Shown piece by piece: positions 10,899 through 20,608 of a stretch of DNA of 64,000 nucleotides (within the stretch, counting starts at the first letter, position 1; each line of letters starts with the position of its first letter). A program made the position numbers and the translations under genes. The DNA is taken from the IMG/VR virus record IMGVR_UViG_3300044630_006741. The stretch is one strand, 5' to 3'. This DNA is from an uncultured virus (IMG/VR IMGVR_UViG_3300044630_006741) (taxonomy: Duplodnaviria > Heunggongvirae > Uroviricota > Caudoviricetes). The notes beneath the pieces are model-generated. The model worked only from the letters and a program-made list of their open reading frames with translations. It searched no databases and was not told the DNA's origin.

Positions 10899-12431
10899 AT
10901 GTACACTAAAAAGATAACCTACAACTCTCTCTTTGAGAACGTTCAGCAGGCAAAGGATTTCCTATTCAAGGAATACGCTAAGAAATACAGGAAAGAAGTA
11001 AAGGACCTAGACGAGGATATCAAAAAGGAAATTCTTAGAAATCCAGATTGGGTTGAAATCAGAGACCTCAATGTTAAAACTCCGGGGTACACCTACCTAC
11101 TAACTAAATTCTTCTTTGAGGAAGGAGCTACAATGGAGATGATTAAATCTATCCACGAGAAACTTTTGAGATTCAAACAGAATCTTAACGAGCTTCCAAT
11201 GACAGTAGATCAATATGCTAAGATAGAGAAGACCCCAGATGATTCTAGACCTGGATGGGAGAGATTAGAAGATGATCTAAATATAGTAGAGCAAAAGAGA
11301 GCTTTAAAGGATCTCACTAATGAATTTGCTTCGGAGCTAAAGGACGATTATAAGAAAGCCACAAAAGACCAGGTAAATGCTTTAATGGACATATCCAATA
11401 GAGCTAAAGAAAGAGGAGATGAATGCTTCAAGCAATTGCTAGGATATAATCCAGAGACCCAAAAATACAACCTAAGGGTTTATAAAACAGTTCAGCAATT
11501 TATAGATTCATCCAATCAGTTTCTAGAAAACTACGACAAGCTAACCAATGCACAAGAGGATATGGAAGAAGTTCCAATATACTCCGAGGAAATAAAGGAA
11601 CTTGGCAGTTCGGTTAAGGTTCTTTATAGAGATAAAGATTATCTATCGATTTCAACCAGAACTGGTAAAGCACAAACCAAGCTATTTGGCGACAAATGGT
11701 GTATAGGTAGAGCAACTTCTACTTTCTGGAGTTACGGAGGTGGAAAAATACAACTTAACACATTCAATTTCACAAAGCCAGTAACTGATAAGTATAGCTT
11801 AATTGGTATGACGATCTCACCAGACGGGAAGGTAACAGATAGCGCTGATAAGTTTAATAGTGCTCTCCCGGATGCAAAGGGAACTTATTTTTGGACGGTA
11901 TTTGAAAAACTGGGATATCCAGCTAAATTTATTAACGCAGTAAAGGAAGATTTCCCAAAAGAGGTTAAGTTGAGATTGGCAATGGAGAATTTCCACAAGT
12001 TCTCAGACGATTCTGCAAACTCTCTAAATCCTAGAAAGATAGTGACATCACTGGTGTCAATGAACCAAAACATTGCAAAGGGTATAATGAGCCCTGAGGA
12101 ATGGGAAGAAATATCTGCGGATGTATCTAGATTGATCTTTGATGAAATGGGACTAAAGCCATCTGACTTTCTTGAATTCTTTAAAGAAAACGGAATATTC
12201 ACAGAATCAATGTGGAACGTATTCGATGAGATTATCGGAAACAATTACGCAAAAGATGACATGGAGAAGATCTACACAGCATCCAATGAGGGATATGACG
12301 ACATAGAGCTTATCTACCAGATGTTTAAGAAGAAAGGCGTTGGTATAAAGAAAGAAGACGCAGAGGTTTTAAAAGAGGTAATCGATAGAAAGGATGAGTT
12401 CCTTAAAGCTATAAAGGCTAGAATCAAATAG
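10899..12431 (+). CDS. hypothetical protein (510 aa)
   Basis: Long ORF with KWCIG motif; GATATATA at 10866. Confidence 0.75.
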   Translation: MYTKKITYNSLFENVQQAKDFLFKEYAKKYRKEVKDLDEDIKKEILRNPDWVEIRDLNVKTPGYTYLLTKFFFEEGATMEMIKSIHEKLLRFKQNLNELPMTVDQYAKIEKTPDDSRPGWERLEDDLNIVEQKRALKDLTNEFASELKDDYKKATKDQVNALMDISNRAKERGDECFKQLLGYNPETQKYNLRVYKTVQQFIDSSNQFLENYDKLTNAQEDMEEVPIYSEEIKELGSSVKVLYRDKDYLSISTRTGKAQTKLFGDKWCIGRATSTFWSYGGGKIQLNTFNFTKPVTDKYSLIGMTISPDGKVTDSADKFNSALPDAKGTYFWTVFEKLGYPAKFINAVKEDFPKEVKLRLAMENFHKFSDDSANSLNPRKIVTSLVSMNQNIAKGIMSPEEWEEISADVSRLIFDEMGLKPSDFLEFFKENGIFTESMWNVFDEIIGNNYAKDDMEKIYTASNEGYDDIELIYQMFKKKGVGIKKEDAEVLKEVIDRKDEFLKAIKARIK

Positions 12432-12449
12432 GAAACGAACACACAAAAG

Positions 12450-12475
12450 AAAAGGAGCTAAAAGCTCCTTTTTTT
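12450..12475. terminator. intrinsic terminator
   Basis: AAAAGGAGCT-AAA-AGCTCCTTTTTTT between convergent genes. Confidence 0.8.
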
Positions 12476-12492
12476 ATTTAATAGTGTTAGGT

Positions 12493-13077
12493 TTAAAAAG
12501 ATTGGATTTCGCCAATAAGTCTTTTTATAGTGTCCTCCATTTCTGCTTTATCCTCGGAAGCTTCCACTATATTATCAAATAGGATAGCTAGGTTAGAGAT
12601 TAGCTTAGCAAAAGAGTCAGTGAATTTCATATTAGAGTCTCTTTTGTTAAGAGAATATAGATCTACAACGATCTCTTCTATAAATTCTATAGCGGTATTG
12701 AGATTGCCTCTGTACTTCCATTCTCCGTCCTCGTCACTAATTGATCCTTCCATAAAGTCCTCAACATCGGAGTTTATCTTATCAATTTCCGATTTTGTAT
12801 TGGAAGCTGAGCTAGAAGCAGAGACTAATTTTTGAGCGTCTTCCAGCTTCATTTTTTCTGCGCTTTCCTTAGGTATTCTGAATGATCTATCAGATGATGA
12901 ACCTATAGGCTGGATCACCCAGAAATTACCATCTAGATCTATTACCTGACCCGGTCCTCTATATGAATTAACATAGGATCCAATATCGATCACATCGTCA
13001 TCGCCATGTATTTCTCTATATGGATCCTCCAGGAATTTATCCAGATCAAAGTCCTCGTATATCTTTATATGTCTCAT
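12493..13077 (-). CDS. hypothetical protein (leader-bearing)
   Basis: Start placed at MRHIKIYEDF (ATG 13077), directly after the upstream gene. Confidence 0.7.
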   Translation of the reverse strand: MRHIKIYEDFDLDKFLEDPYREIHGDDDVIDIGSYVNSYRGPGQVIDLDGNFWVIQPIGSSSDRSFRIPKESAEKMKLEDAQKLVSASSSASNTKSEIDKINSDVEDFMEGSISDEDGEWKYRGNLNTAIEFIEEIVVDLYSLNKRDSNMKFTDSFAKLISNLAILFDNIVEASEDKAEMEDTIKRLIGEIQSF

Positions 13078-13078
13078 A

Positions 13079-13279
13079 TTAGCAGAATATTCTCTTAGCT
13101 TCTGTGTAGTCATCCTTAGAAAGATCCCAGTCTTTCATTTTAGGTTTTAAGTATTCCTTTGCCTCTGCGAAAGTTCCCTTAGCGTTCTTCTTAAAGAACT
13201 TTTCAAGGTGAGAGTAGATAGCGGGATGAATTCCTTTCTTCTCCGCAATGTAAGTTTCAAAAATTTTAATGTTTTTCAT
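13079..13279 (-). CDS. small basic protein with T4 CTS-like leader
   Basis: MKNIKIFETYIAE; GATATATA on minus strand at 13287-13294. Confidence 0.7.
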   Translation of the reverse strand: MKNIKIFETYIAEKKGIHPAIYSHLEKFFKKNAKGTFAEAKEYLKPKMKDWDLSKDDYTEAKRIFC

Positions 13280-13360
13280 AGTGAATTATATATCCAGAAA
13301 ACAAAAAAGAACTTTAACAAGGAAGATGTCTATAATAACAAAAAATAATCTAAAGAAAGT

Positions 13361-14407
13361 ATGAAAATAAAATTAGAGTACATTTGGTTGGATGGTACAA
13401 AACCAGAATCCCGATTAAGATCTAAAACAAAAATCTATTCTCCTTCTATAGGCCTAGACGGAATGCATTTAAGACTACCAGAGCTAAGTGACCTTCCACA
13501 GTGGACATTCGATGGAAGCTCGACCGGACAAGCTAGCGGAAATTTTTCAGATCTTATACTAAATCCGGTTAAGATGTGTCCAGATCCATTAAGAGACCTA
13601 GGATATCTAGTTCTTTGCGAGGTTTTAAATCCAGACGGTACACCACACAAGACAAACCATAGAGGTAGCATCATTAAGACCGATATGTGGGTGGGATTTG
13701 AGCAAGAGTATTTTATAAGGGAACTAGAGGGTAATATTCTTGGGTGGAAAAAAGATAGCTTTGAAATGAGACCACAGGGTGATTATTATTGCGGAGTTGG
13801 GGCAGGAAACGTTGCAGGCAGAACCATTGTGGAAGATCATCTTGACTACTGCCTCTCCTGCGGTTTGGAGATTACCGGGACTAATGCTGAAGTTGCTTTA
13901 GGTCAGTGGGAGTATCAGCTTTTTGCTAAGGATGCACTAGAAGCTGCGGATAATCTATGGATATCAAGATACATTTTAGAAAGAGTAGCTGAAAGATATA
14001 ACTATAAAATTGAATGGGCAGCTAAACCGGTAAAAGGTGACTGGAACGGGTCTGGTCTACACACTAACTTCTCAACAGAAGAAATGAGAGAAGAAGGGGG
14101 AGAGGATCTTTTTAATTCAATCTTTGAAACTCTTCAGACATATCACGACATATCGATCTCTTCATATGGCTCAGGAAATGAAATGAGATTAACAGGAAAG
14201 CACGAGACACAAAGCATAGATAAATTTAGCTGGGGCGTTTCAGATAGAGGTGCATCGATTAGGATCCCACTAGCTACAAAAGAGGAAGGATTTAAAGGAT
14301 ATCTAGAGGACAGAAGGCCAGCTTCAAATGCTAACCCGTATCTCCTTCTGGGAACTTTAACAACATTGGTTCTCACAGCTACTGAGAAAAAAATGATTGA
14401 GAACTAA
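13361..14407 (+). CDS. glnII: glutamine synthetase type II
   Basis: LEYIWLDG, LRSKTK, WTFDGSSTGQA, GFEQEY, QGDYYCGVG, NAEV..GQWEYQ, DWNGSGLHTNFST, RLTGKHET, RGASIRIP, GYLEDRRPASN. Confidence 0.95.
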   Translation: MKIKLEYIWLDGTKPESRLRSKTKIYSPSIGLDGMHLRLPELSDLPQWTFDGSSTGQASGNFSDLILNPVKMCPDPLRDLGYLVLCEVLNPDGTPHKTNHRGSIIKTDMWVGFEQEYFIRELEGNILGWKKDSFEMRPQGDYYCGVGAGNVAGRTIVEDHLDYCLSCGLEITGTNAEVALGQWEYQLFAKDALEAADNLWISRYILERVAERYNYKIEWAAKPVKGDWNGSGLHTNFSTEEMREEGGEDLFNSIFETLQTYHDISISSYGSGNEMRLTGKHETQSIDKFSWGVSDRGASIRIPLATKEEGFKGYLEDRRPASNANPYLLLGTLTTLVLTATEKKMIEN

Positions 14408-14766
14408 TGGCAGTTAGAAAGAAAAAAGAAGCACCCCGCTTAATAGAATCTTCTATATCGGATCTCGAGGTAGCTAGAAAAATGATAAAGATCCACCAGA
14501 GTGCAGTAGACAGAAAATTAGACTATAACTTATCTTTCGATACTGTTAGAAAGCTAATGTCATATAAAACTTGCTACTACACGGGTAAAGAATTCGAGCA
14601 AGATGGCATGTACTCAATGAGCTTTGACAGAGTGGATTCAGCCAAAGGGTACGTTGAGGGCAATGTCGTTTCATGCACAATCGATATAAACGGCAAGAAA
14701 TCAAACTTAAGTGTGGACGAGATTAAATCTCTATATGATAAACTAATAGCTAGAATTGAAAAATAA
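14407..14766 (+). CDS. HNH-like endonuclease-fold protein
   Basis: CYYTG...SFDRVDSAKGYVEGNVVSC...N..K. Confidence 0.65.
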   Translation: MAVRKKKEAPRLIESSISDLEVARKMIKIHQSAVDRKLDYNLSFDTVRKLMSYKTCYYTGKEFEQDGMYSMSFDRVDSAKGYVEGNVVSCTIDINGKKSNLSVDEIKSLYDKLIARIEK

Positions 14767-14783
14767 ACTAAAAAAACAATAAA

Positions 14784-15218
14784 ATGACAAAAGGAATTAT
14801 TAAAACAGACAAAGGAGATTTCCCATTTGATCTTTACGATACAGATGCTCCAGGAACAGTTAAAAATTTTGTGGATCTTTCTAAGAAGGGTTTTTACAAT
14901 GGACTTTCTTTCCATAGAGTGATCCCAGGATTCGTGGCTCAGGGTGGATGTCCCGATAATAATGGAGCGGGTGGACCAGGATACACCATACCATGCGAAA
15001 CAGGTGGTGGTAACCAATATCATGACACCGGAGTTTTATCAATGGCTCATGCTGGTAGAAACACAGGAGGGTCACAGTTCTTCATCTGTCACAATAGACA
15101 GAACACACAGCATTTGGATAGAAACCACACTTGCTTTGGAAGAATCACAGAAAACCTAGGTGCAATACAGAATATAACACCAGGCACTATCATCAACCAG
15201 ATAGAGATCGTTGAATAA
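14784..15218 (+). CDS. cyclophilin-type peptidyl-prolyl cis-trans isomerase
   Basis: [54 protein letters not shown]. Confidence 0.95.
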   Translation: MTKGIIKTDKGDFPFDLYDTDAPGTVKNFVDLSKKGFYNGLSFHRVIPGFVAQGGCPDNNGAGGPGYTIPCETGGGNQYHDTGVLSMAHAGRNTGGSQFFICHNRQNTQHLDRNHTCFGRITENLGAIQNITPGTIINQIEIVE

Positions 15219-15244
15219 ACGGATATATAAATAAAAACTTTAAA

Positions 15245-15556
15245 ATGATACAGGGAAATATTTGCTACAGATTAGTAGCTAGCACAAACTATAGACCAGG
15301 CGCTACTGGTGCTACTGCAGGTCCTCAAAACGGAGACTTACCAATATGTGGAGTTTATGTTGCTCCTGGAGCTGCAACTCTAGATTTTTTTGACGCTAAC
15401 GGTAATAGAAATCAGATAAGTATAGGATCAGGTAACACTGGCGTATTTCTTCCGATATCAGTTTATCAAACAGGATCATCTTTATCAGGTACGATATTTG
15501 GATTCTCACCGGGAAATCCATACGGAAATGCCACTTCAACAGGTTACGTAGGATAA
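15245..15556 (+). CDS. Gly-rich small protein, possibly structural
   Basis: GGATATATA at 15221; terminator follows. Confidence 0.65.
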   Translation: MIQGNICYRLVASTNYRPGATGATAGPQNGDLPICGVYVAPGAATLDFFDANGNRNQISIGSGNTGVFLPISVYQTGSSLSGTIFGFSPGNPYGNATSTGYVG

Positions 15557-15570
15557 TGATATAGGGATAA

Positions 15571-15606
15571 AATAAAAGCCTCTTAGAAATAAGAGGCTTT
15601 TTTATT
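15571..15606. terminator. bidirectional intrinsic terminator
   Basis: AAAAGCCTCTTA-GAAA-TAAGAGGCTTTTTT. Confidence 0.85.
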
Positions 15607-15676
15607 TAAGTAGGTCTTTGGTTATAAATGGTGAGAGATCTTCAACGTTTAGAATAATGAAGGTATTAAGTTTCAT

Positions 15677-16285
15677 TTATTTCTTTTTCCTTCTTTCAGC
15701 TCTTGCTTTCTTAGCTTGCTTATAAAGAGCACCATCTGAAACCTTAGTAGTTCTGCCACCAACTGAGAAAGAATTCACTCTTGCCATTCCCCATTGTTGA
15801 GGATTCGTTCCAGGAACGTGACCGTTTTTCCAGGCAGCAACTCCCCTTTGATAAACCTTTCTCAGTATACCTAAAGGAAATCCCGTCTTCTTAGCTTTGT
15901 TTCTTAAAGCAGTATCCGCCTTTCCGCCCTCGTTAATGTCTTCTATTATAGACTCGAATTCTTCCTCTTCTAACTCTATTGAAAGATCCTCAAAAACTTC
16001 GAAAGCAGCTTCCTCCATAATCTTAGTGAATCCCTCTAGCTGTAAAATATTAGATTCTTCGTCCATGGAGGTATCCTCGCTTTCCCCGTATAATTCTTTG
16101 AACTTCTTGGTGTACTTGCTAGATTTAGTTTCAACCTTTTTACCCTTCCCTGCTTTTTTGCTTTTGTAATCCGCATCCCATGGTCCATATGCTGATGAAT
16201 CGTCATCCGCCTTTCCGCCGTGTTTTTTAATCTCCCTCTTCATAACATTCGGGTTTGTAGTCAAGTATTTCTTAGGATATTTCAT
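15677..16285 (-). CDS. basic protein with DUF5824-like C-terminus
   Basis: KAKKTG.PLGILRKVYQRG.AAW..GH.PG..PQQW..ARVNSF; family assignment from recall. Confidence 0.65.
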   Translation of the reverse strand: MKYPKKYLTTNPNVMKREIKKHGGKADDDSSAYGPWDADYKSKKAGKGKKVETKSSKYTKKFKELYGESEDTSMDEESNILQLEGFTKIMEEAAFEVFEDLSIELEEEEFESIIEDINEGGKADTALRNKAKKTGFPLGILRKVYQRGVAAWKNGHVPGTNPQQWGMARVNSFSVGGRTTKVSDGALYKQAKKARAERRKKK

Positions 16286-16312
16286 ATGCTTTATTATTTA
16301 TTGGTCCTGTCT

Positions 16313-16332
16313 TATATATCGGAGGATATATA
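16313..16332. promoter_or_regulatory. back-to-back putative late promoters (GATATATA on both strands)
   Basis: TATATATC-GGAG-GATATATA between divergent genes; the motif recurs before about 20 genes. Confidence 0.65.
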
Positions 16333-16338
16333 AGACAT

Positions 16339-17385
16339 ATGACATTTATTCTAGATTTTAAAAAATTTATCCTTAAAGAATCGGAAACTACCGAACTTCC
16401 CGAAGTAAGGGAGTTTAAAGATGCTTTTGAAAACTCGGAGTGGGGTAAAATATTAAGTAGGGGATCTACAATAGATCCAAAGAGAACCGGTAGGATCTAC
16501 CTGAAAACATCCTATTTGCCATCTAAGACACAGATAGAAAAAAGGGGTGACAACTGGGTTTACTGGTACAGTAGCGCAGGAAGAGATTATGGGCATAAGT
16601 ATATGCCAACTGCGGAGCTATTAATAAGAGAACTTATTTACGACTCCATAAGAAAAGGAAACAGCTCCATTCCAAGAAATGAGTTGGATAATTTTTTAAA
16701 AGATCATGATGTGTCTTTAAAGGTTCTTAGCGATCCTAATGTCACGATTGAATATCCCAGAAACGGTCAAATCTCTGCATACCAAGCTATAAAAGATCAC
16801 AAAGCGGAGGCATTGGGTATAATCCAGGATCTATCAGGGATCAGCTCTCCGTACCTTGATTTCTTAAAAAAGCAAGGATTTACTGTAAATGGTGAAGGTA
16901 AGGACTTAGAAATTACATTTAGATTAATCAGGCTTGTACCTGGTGAGGACCAACCGGGATTACCCCCGTTTTTCAAAGACGTTAAGGAGGTAATGGAAAA
17001 ATCAGGAGCGGTTGAAATATTTAGATCAGATAATTATGTTGGTTTAATTTTTAGACTTAAGGATCGTGATTATTTTAGTATTAAAATAACAGCTTCCGGT
17101 GAGGGTACAAGCGAACAAAAAGGTGCAGGGCTAAATATAATCACATTGGGATATAGCGACGAGAGGGAGCTAGTAAAAGCTCTGGATGATATCTTGAGAA
17201 AACAAATATCTAGCGAGCTTAAGCTATTAATAGGAAGAGATGATAAAATAAGCACAGACAGCCCGCTTGATGTCATCAAAAAAGAAACCAGGAGGTTCTT
17301 TAGAGAGGGCTCTAGTGTAAATATACCGGAGGACGAAAAAAAATATCTGATAGCTAGACTGAGGACTACGAATAGGATTATATAA
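16339..17385 (+). CDS. hypothetical protein (leader-bearing)
   Basis: 348 aa; MTFILDFKKFILKE; ends ARLRTTNRII. Confidence 0.7.
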   Translation: MTFILDFKKFILKESETTELPEVREFKDAFENSEWGKILSRGSTIDPKRTGRIYLKTSYLPSKTQIEKRGDNWVYWYSSAGRDYGHKYMPTAELLIRELIYDSIRKGNSSIPRNELDNFLKDHDVSLKVLSDPNVTIEYPRNGQISAYQAIKDHKAEALGIIQDLSGISSPYLDFLKKQGFTVNGEGKDLEITFRLIRLVPGEDQPGLPPFFKDVKEVMEKSGAVEIFRSDNYVGLIFRLKDRDYFSIKITASGEGTSEQKGAGLNIITLGYSDERELVKALDDILRKQISSELKLLIGRDDKISTDSPLDVIKKETRRFFREGSSVNIPEDEKKYLIARLRTTNRII

Positions 17386-17399
17386 AAAAATAATACAAT

Positions 17400-17516
17400 A
17401 TGGCAAAGGCAAGAAAAGAAGGTACCAAAAGAAGAAACAGAAAAAATTGGGCTAAGAACAACAAAAGAATTTCTAAAAATATAGAAGTTTTAAAGTCACT
17501 ATCCAAAGAAAAATAA
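17400..17516 (+). CDS. small basic peptide (38 aa)
   Basis: MAKARKEGTKRRNRKNWAKNNKRISKNIEVLKSLSKEK fills the intergenic gap. Confidence 0.5.
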   Translation: MAKARKEGTKRRNRKNWAKNNKRISKNIEVLKSLSKEK

Positions 17517-17522
17517 ATCAAG

Positions 17523-18620
17523 ATGCGCAATATATTAAGCTTTTCACTTTTTGAAAGCGATGGTAAAACAAATTTAAGCTGGGACTCTGATTATGATTCG
17601 CTAGAGTCCAATCCTCTATGGACCGAGCTAAAGAATAGAGGTTTTGTTAATGTGTCGAGTCCCATTATGGTTAAAAATAAGAGTCTACTTCTTAAAAATC
17701 CAGGATCTCCCTGGTTTTATCCAGAAGGAGTGGTTCTACAGAGATCAGGGTATATTAGAGACAAAGGAGCAAAATCAGGATTTGTAAGAAACGATCTTAT
17801 AGTGATAGACGATATGCTCACATACCTCATAGAAAGATACGATAAGGATCTCAAAAAAATGGGGGGAATCCTATCTTCCATGGAGGGGTCAAATTTAGGG
17901 ATGAGCCATGTGAAATTAATTTCCTCCGGAACTAAAGCAAAGTGGTATTACGACAAATCAACTGGGAGGGTTAATGTGGACGGTAAGATTAATCTTCTTA
18001 TAAGTAGCAAAGAGGATAAAGAAACACTATCTGAAATCAGCTTCGGAAGAATTAAAACCCAATTTACTGTAACATTTAGGGACAGAGCTTTTGACGACGG
18101 AGAAATTGGATCACTGGTTTACGCACCAAGTTACGTGGGGGATGCTTTTTTAATACAAGGGGGTAGACTTAAAGACCTAGAAGGTTTAGGTGAAGTTAAA
18201 GGAACAATCTCTATAAAGGGTGAAAACTATTATAATAGATTATCCTTAGAGGGCATATCGGAGTGCAAGTGGTTAAATATAGGAGAATTTTTTAACATAC
18301 CCTATGACACTAAACACTGTCTTCTAGTTTTAGAAAATGGCTGTTTAGCAAACAACTGGACAGTAAATGGACCGGTTATGGGAAAGGACATCCATGCAAC
18401 CAGATCAAATGATAATATTGCAAGGTCGATAATATTAACCGTTCCAATAATGCAAGAAGCCTCGCTTTTAAAATATTTCAATGAAAATCCATTGTCTATT
18501 GATCTATTAGATAGCCCAGCAGAAAGAATAAAAGGCATCAAGAATTTTATATTTTCTAAATTGGGATACACCGATGAGGATATTGCTGCTGTCAAAAGAC
18601 AGAAGAATAGGATATTATAA
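17523..18620 (+). CDS. hypothetical protein with degenerate LRR-family C-terminal half
   Basis: TGRVNVDG..ISFGRI..SLVYAPSYVGDAF..LKDLEGL resembles the cap and repeats of the LRR array. Confidence 0.65.
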   Translation: MRNILSFSLFESDGKTNLSWDSDYDSLESNPLWTELKNRGFVNVSSPIMVKNKSLLLKNPGSPWFYPEGVVLQRSGYIRDKGAKSGFVRNDLIVIDDMLTYLIERYDKDLKKMGGILSSMEGSNLGMSHVKLISSGTKAKWYYDKSTGRVNVDGKINLLISSKEDKETLSEISFGRIKTQFTVTFRDRAFDDGEIGSLVYAPSYVGDAFLIQGGRLKDLEGLGEVKGTISIKGENYYNRLSLEGISECKWLNIGEFFNIPYDTKHCLLVLENGCLANNWTVNGPVMGKDIHATRSNDNIARSIILTVPIMQEASLLKYFNENPLSIDLLDSPAERIKGIKNFIFSKLGYTDEDIAAVKRQKNRIL

Positions 18621-18663
18621 TCCAGGCGGCATAATAGCAGGTATCATAGCTTCTCTTAATATA

Positions 18664-18693
18664 GGAAACTACCGGTCTTTGCCTGTCTATAAT
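18664..18693 (+). promoter_or_regulatory. putative ECF-type promoter GGAAAC-N15-GTCTATAAT
   Basis: Directly upstream of the sigma gene; same spacing upstream of galE and glnII. Confidence 0.5.
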
Positions 18694-18695
18694 GA

Positions 18696-19307
18696 TTGAT
18701 GTCAAAGAAAGAGAAGCCAATTTACACCACACACGAAGAGGATAAGCAGCTAGTCATCCAGGCTATGGGTGGCGATCAAAGATCTTATAATATTCTCGCT
18801 AGAAAATATAAGCTGATTCTATTCACAGCTGCTCAAAGAAGATTACCCGGTAAAGGGGAGGATGATCTAGAAGATATAGTTATGTCTGTTTTGGGCAGGT
18901 GTTTCATATCACTACACCTTTACGATCCCGCTAAGAGCAAATTTTTCACATGGATGATAGCTTGTCTTCACAATCACGTCAACTCTATACCAAAAGGTAA
19001 AAAGAGGATTAGCGCAGAAAGCTACCAGGGTGTATCTACAGTTAGCATGGAAATTAGAGAGATTGGCCAATCTGAAAGCACAATAGAAGATATCGACCGC
19101 ACTCAGGTTATCAAACTAGTGAGATTACTTATTGAAAAGCTACCACCTGATGTTGCCACTGCTATTAAATTAAAGTACTTTAAGGATTACACTCACGAGG
19201 AGATAGCAAAAGAAATTGGATGTAAAGTTGGTGATGTTTGGTACAAAATAAAGAAAGGAAAGAAGATCCTAAAACGTTTAAGCGACATTAATGGATTGTT
19301 CGATTAA
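18696..19307 (+). CDS. ECF-type sigma-70 factor
   Basis: D.QLV.QA..GDQRSY..L, EDIV, YDP.KSKFFTW, region 4 LP......LKYF.DYTHEEIAKEIG. Confidence 0.85.
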   Translation: MMSKKEKPIYTTHEEDKQLVIQAMGGDQRSYNILARKYKLILFTAAQRRLPGKGEDDLEDIVMSVLGRCFISLHLYDPAKSKFFTWMIACLHNHVNSIPKGKKRISAESYQGVSTVSMEIREIGQSESTIEDIDRTQVIKLVRLLIEKLPPDVATAIKLKYFKDYTHEEIAKEIGCKVGDVWYKIKKGKKILKRLSDINGLFD

Positions 19308-19343
19308 TTTTGATATATAGTTCTGTAAATAATCCAAAAAAAA

Positions 19344-20192
19344 ATGAAAAGATTTAAAAAACTATCCGATTTTTCTCAATCGCTAAATGAGGATGATATA
19401 TCAAGTCTCACAAATGCCCACCCTTGGGAAGAGATCAGTAAAATGGGTACAAAACTCGTAAAAGGTCAGCCAATTCAACTAACGGCTAATCTTTTTGGAA
19501 CAGGTGTAGATAGAATAGATGTCAATTCCACATCATTTCAAGATGCAGTCCAGATTATAAGATGGCTGTATGTACAGAGTTACAGCGGTGCCGTTCCTCA
19601 ACAGGGGGCAAAATTGATAATTAGAGGCTCCGCATCAGCAGTCGGTTCTAGTTCTGGGTATGACAACTTCGCTTTAGCGCAGAGAAGGGCAAAAAATCTA
19701 TACAATGCTTTGGAGATATGGTTTGATAAAAACCATCCAAAAACGGATATTAAACCGGGCGAGGTCGAGGGCCTAACAGAGGATGTATATTGGTCATACA
19801 TAGAAAAGTACGTACCTATTAAGCAAGAAGCTGTAGTTGGAAGCGCAACCAGAAAAGGTTCACCTGAAGCATTAGCTGAGCAATGTGTGTATCTAATATG
19901 GGTACCTGTAGGTCAAAAAAACGATTTTCAATATGATTTGGTACAGCCTATAGATGACACGAGAACAGTACTTCCTCAACCACCAATAAGTATTATTAAA
20001 CCAGTAAACCCAGGTTTTAGTTTTAAAATAGAAAGATGCGGCTGCTGCGGAAGGCCATTCACGCAAAACGATCAATATTCTTGGGTTATGCAGAGATATC
20101 TTTGGTCTCTTAATGAACTTAAAAGTGGGTGGTTGAAAACTAAAATGGGTGATACTGTTTGGAGCTGGCTTATTAATATGTCAAAAAAATAA
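19344..20192 (+). CDS. OmpA C-terminal-like (peptidoglycan-binding) domain protein
   Basis: LF..G...I, IIRGSAS..G...DNFALAQRRA; GATATATA at 19312. Confidence 0.5.
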   Translation: MKRFKKLSDFSQSLNEDDISSLTNAHPWEEISKMGTKLVKGQPIQLTANLFGTGVDRIDVNSTSFQDAVQIIRWLYVQSYSGAVPQQGAKLIIRGSASAVGSSSGYDNFALAQRRAKNLYNALEIWFDKNHPKTDIKPGEVEGLTEDVYWSYIEKYVPIKQEAVVGSATRKGSPEALAEQCVYLIWVPVGQKNDFQYDLVQPIDDTRTVLPQPPISIIKPVNPGFSFKIERCGCCGRPFTQNDQYSWVMQRYLWSLNELKSGWLKTKMGDTVWSWLINMSKK

Positions 20193-20210
20193 AAAAAAAA
20201 ATTCAGATAT

Positions 20211-20240
20211 AAAAGATGATCCTAGGATCATCTTTTTTTT
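20211..20240 (+). terminator. palindromic terminator-like hairpin
   Basis: AAAAGATGATCCTAGGATCATCTTTT followed by T-tract. Confidence 0.65.
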
Positions 20241-20256
20241 CTTATATCAACAAAAA

Positions 20257-20556
20257 ATGGCAAAAACTCTATCTTCTTTCAGACCATCCGTTGCAAATAA
20301 TGCATGGATGTTCTCAGTCACTTCAGAAAACAAGAATGAGCTTGAAAAAGCTTTAGCTAATTTAAAAGGAGTGCATTCTTCCAAATTAATAAATTCTAGA
20401 ATAATAGACGACCCGGATGTTATAGGAAACTATACTCTAGGAGGGACGTGTAAAACCAAAGACGACGTTAGTCTAATTATACTTTTTATAGAGAACTCGC
20501 TGCACAAACACGAAATAATAGACGATAGTTACGACTGGCCATATTCCAACGATTAG
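20257..20556 (+). CDS. hypothetical protein
   Basis: Start placed at ATG 20257 (MAKTLSSF). Confidence 0.6.
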   Translation: MAKTLSSFRPSVANNAWMFSVTSENKNELEKALANLKGVHSSKLINSRIIDDPDVIGNYTLGGTCKTKDDVSLIILFIENSLHKHEIIDDSYDWPYSND

Positions 20557-20608
20557 TTGGCAGAATTATATTGGTCCTGTAAATATATAGTCTAAAAAAA
20601 GACTAACC

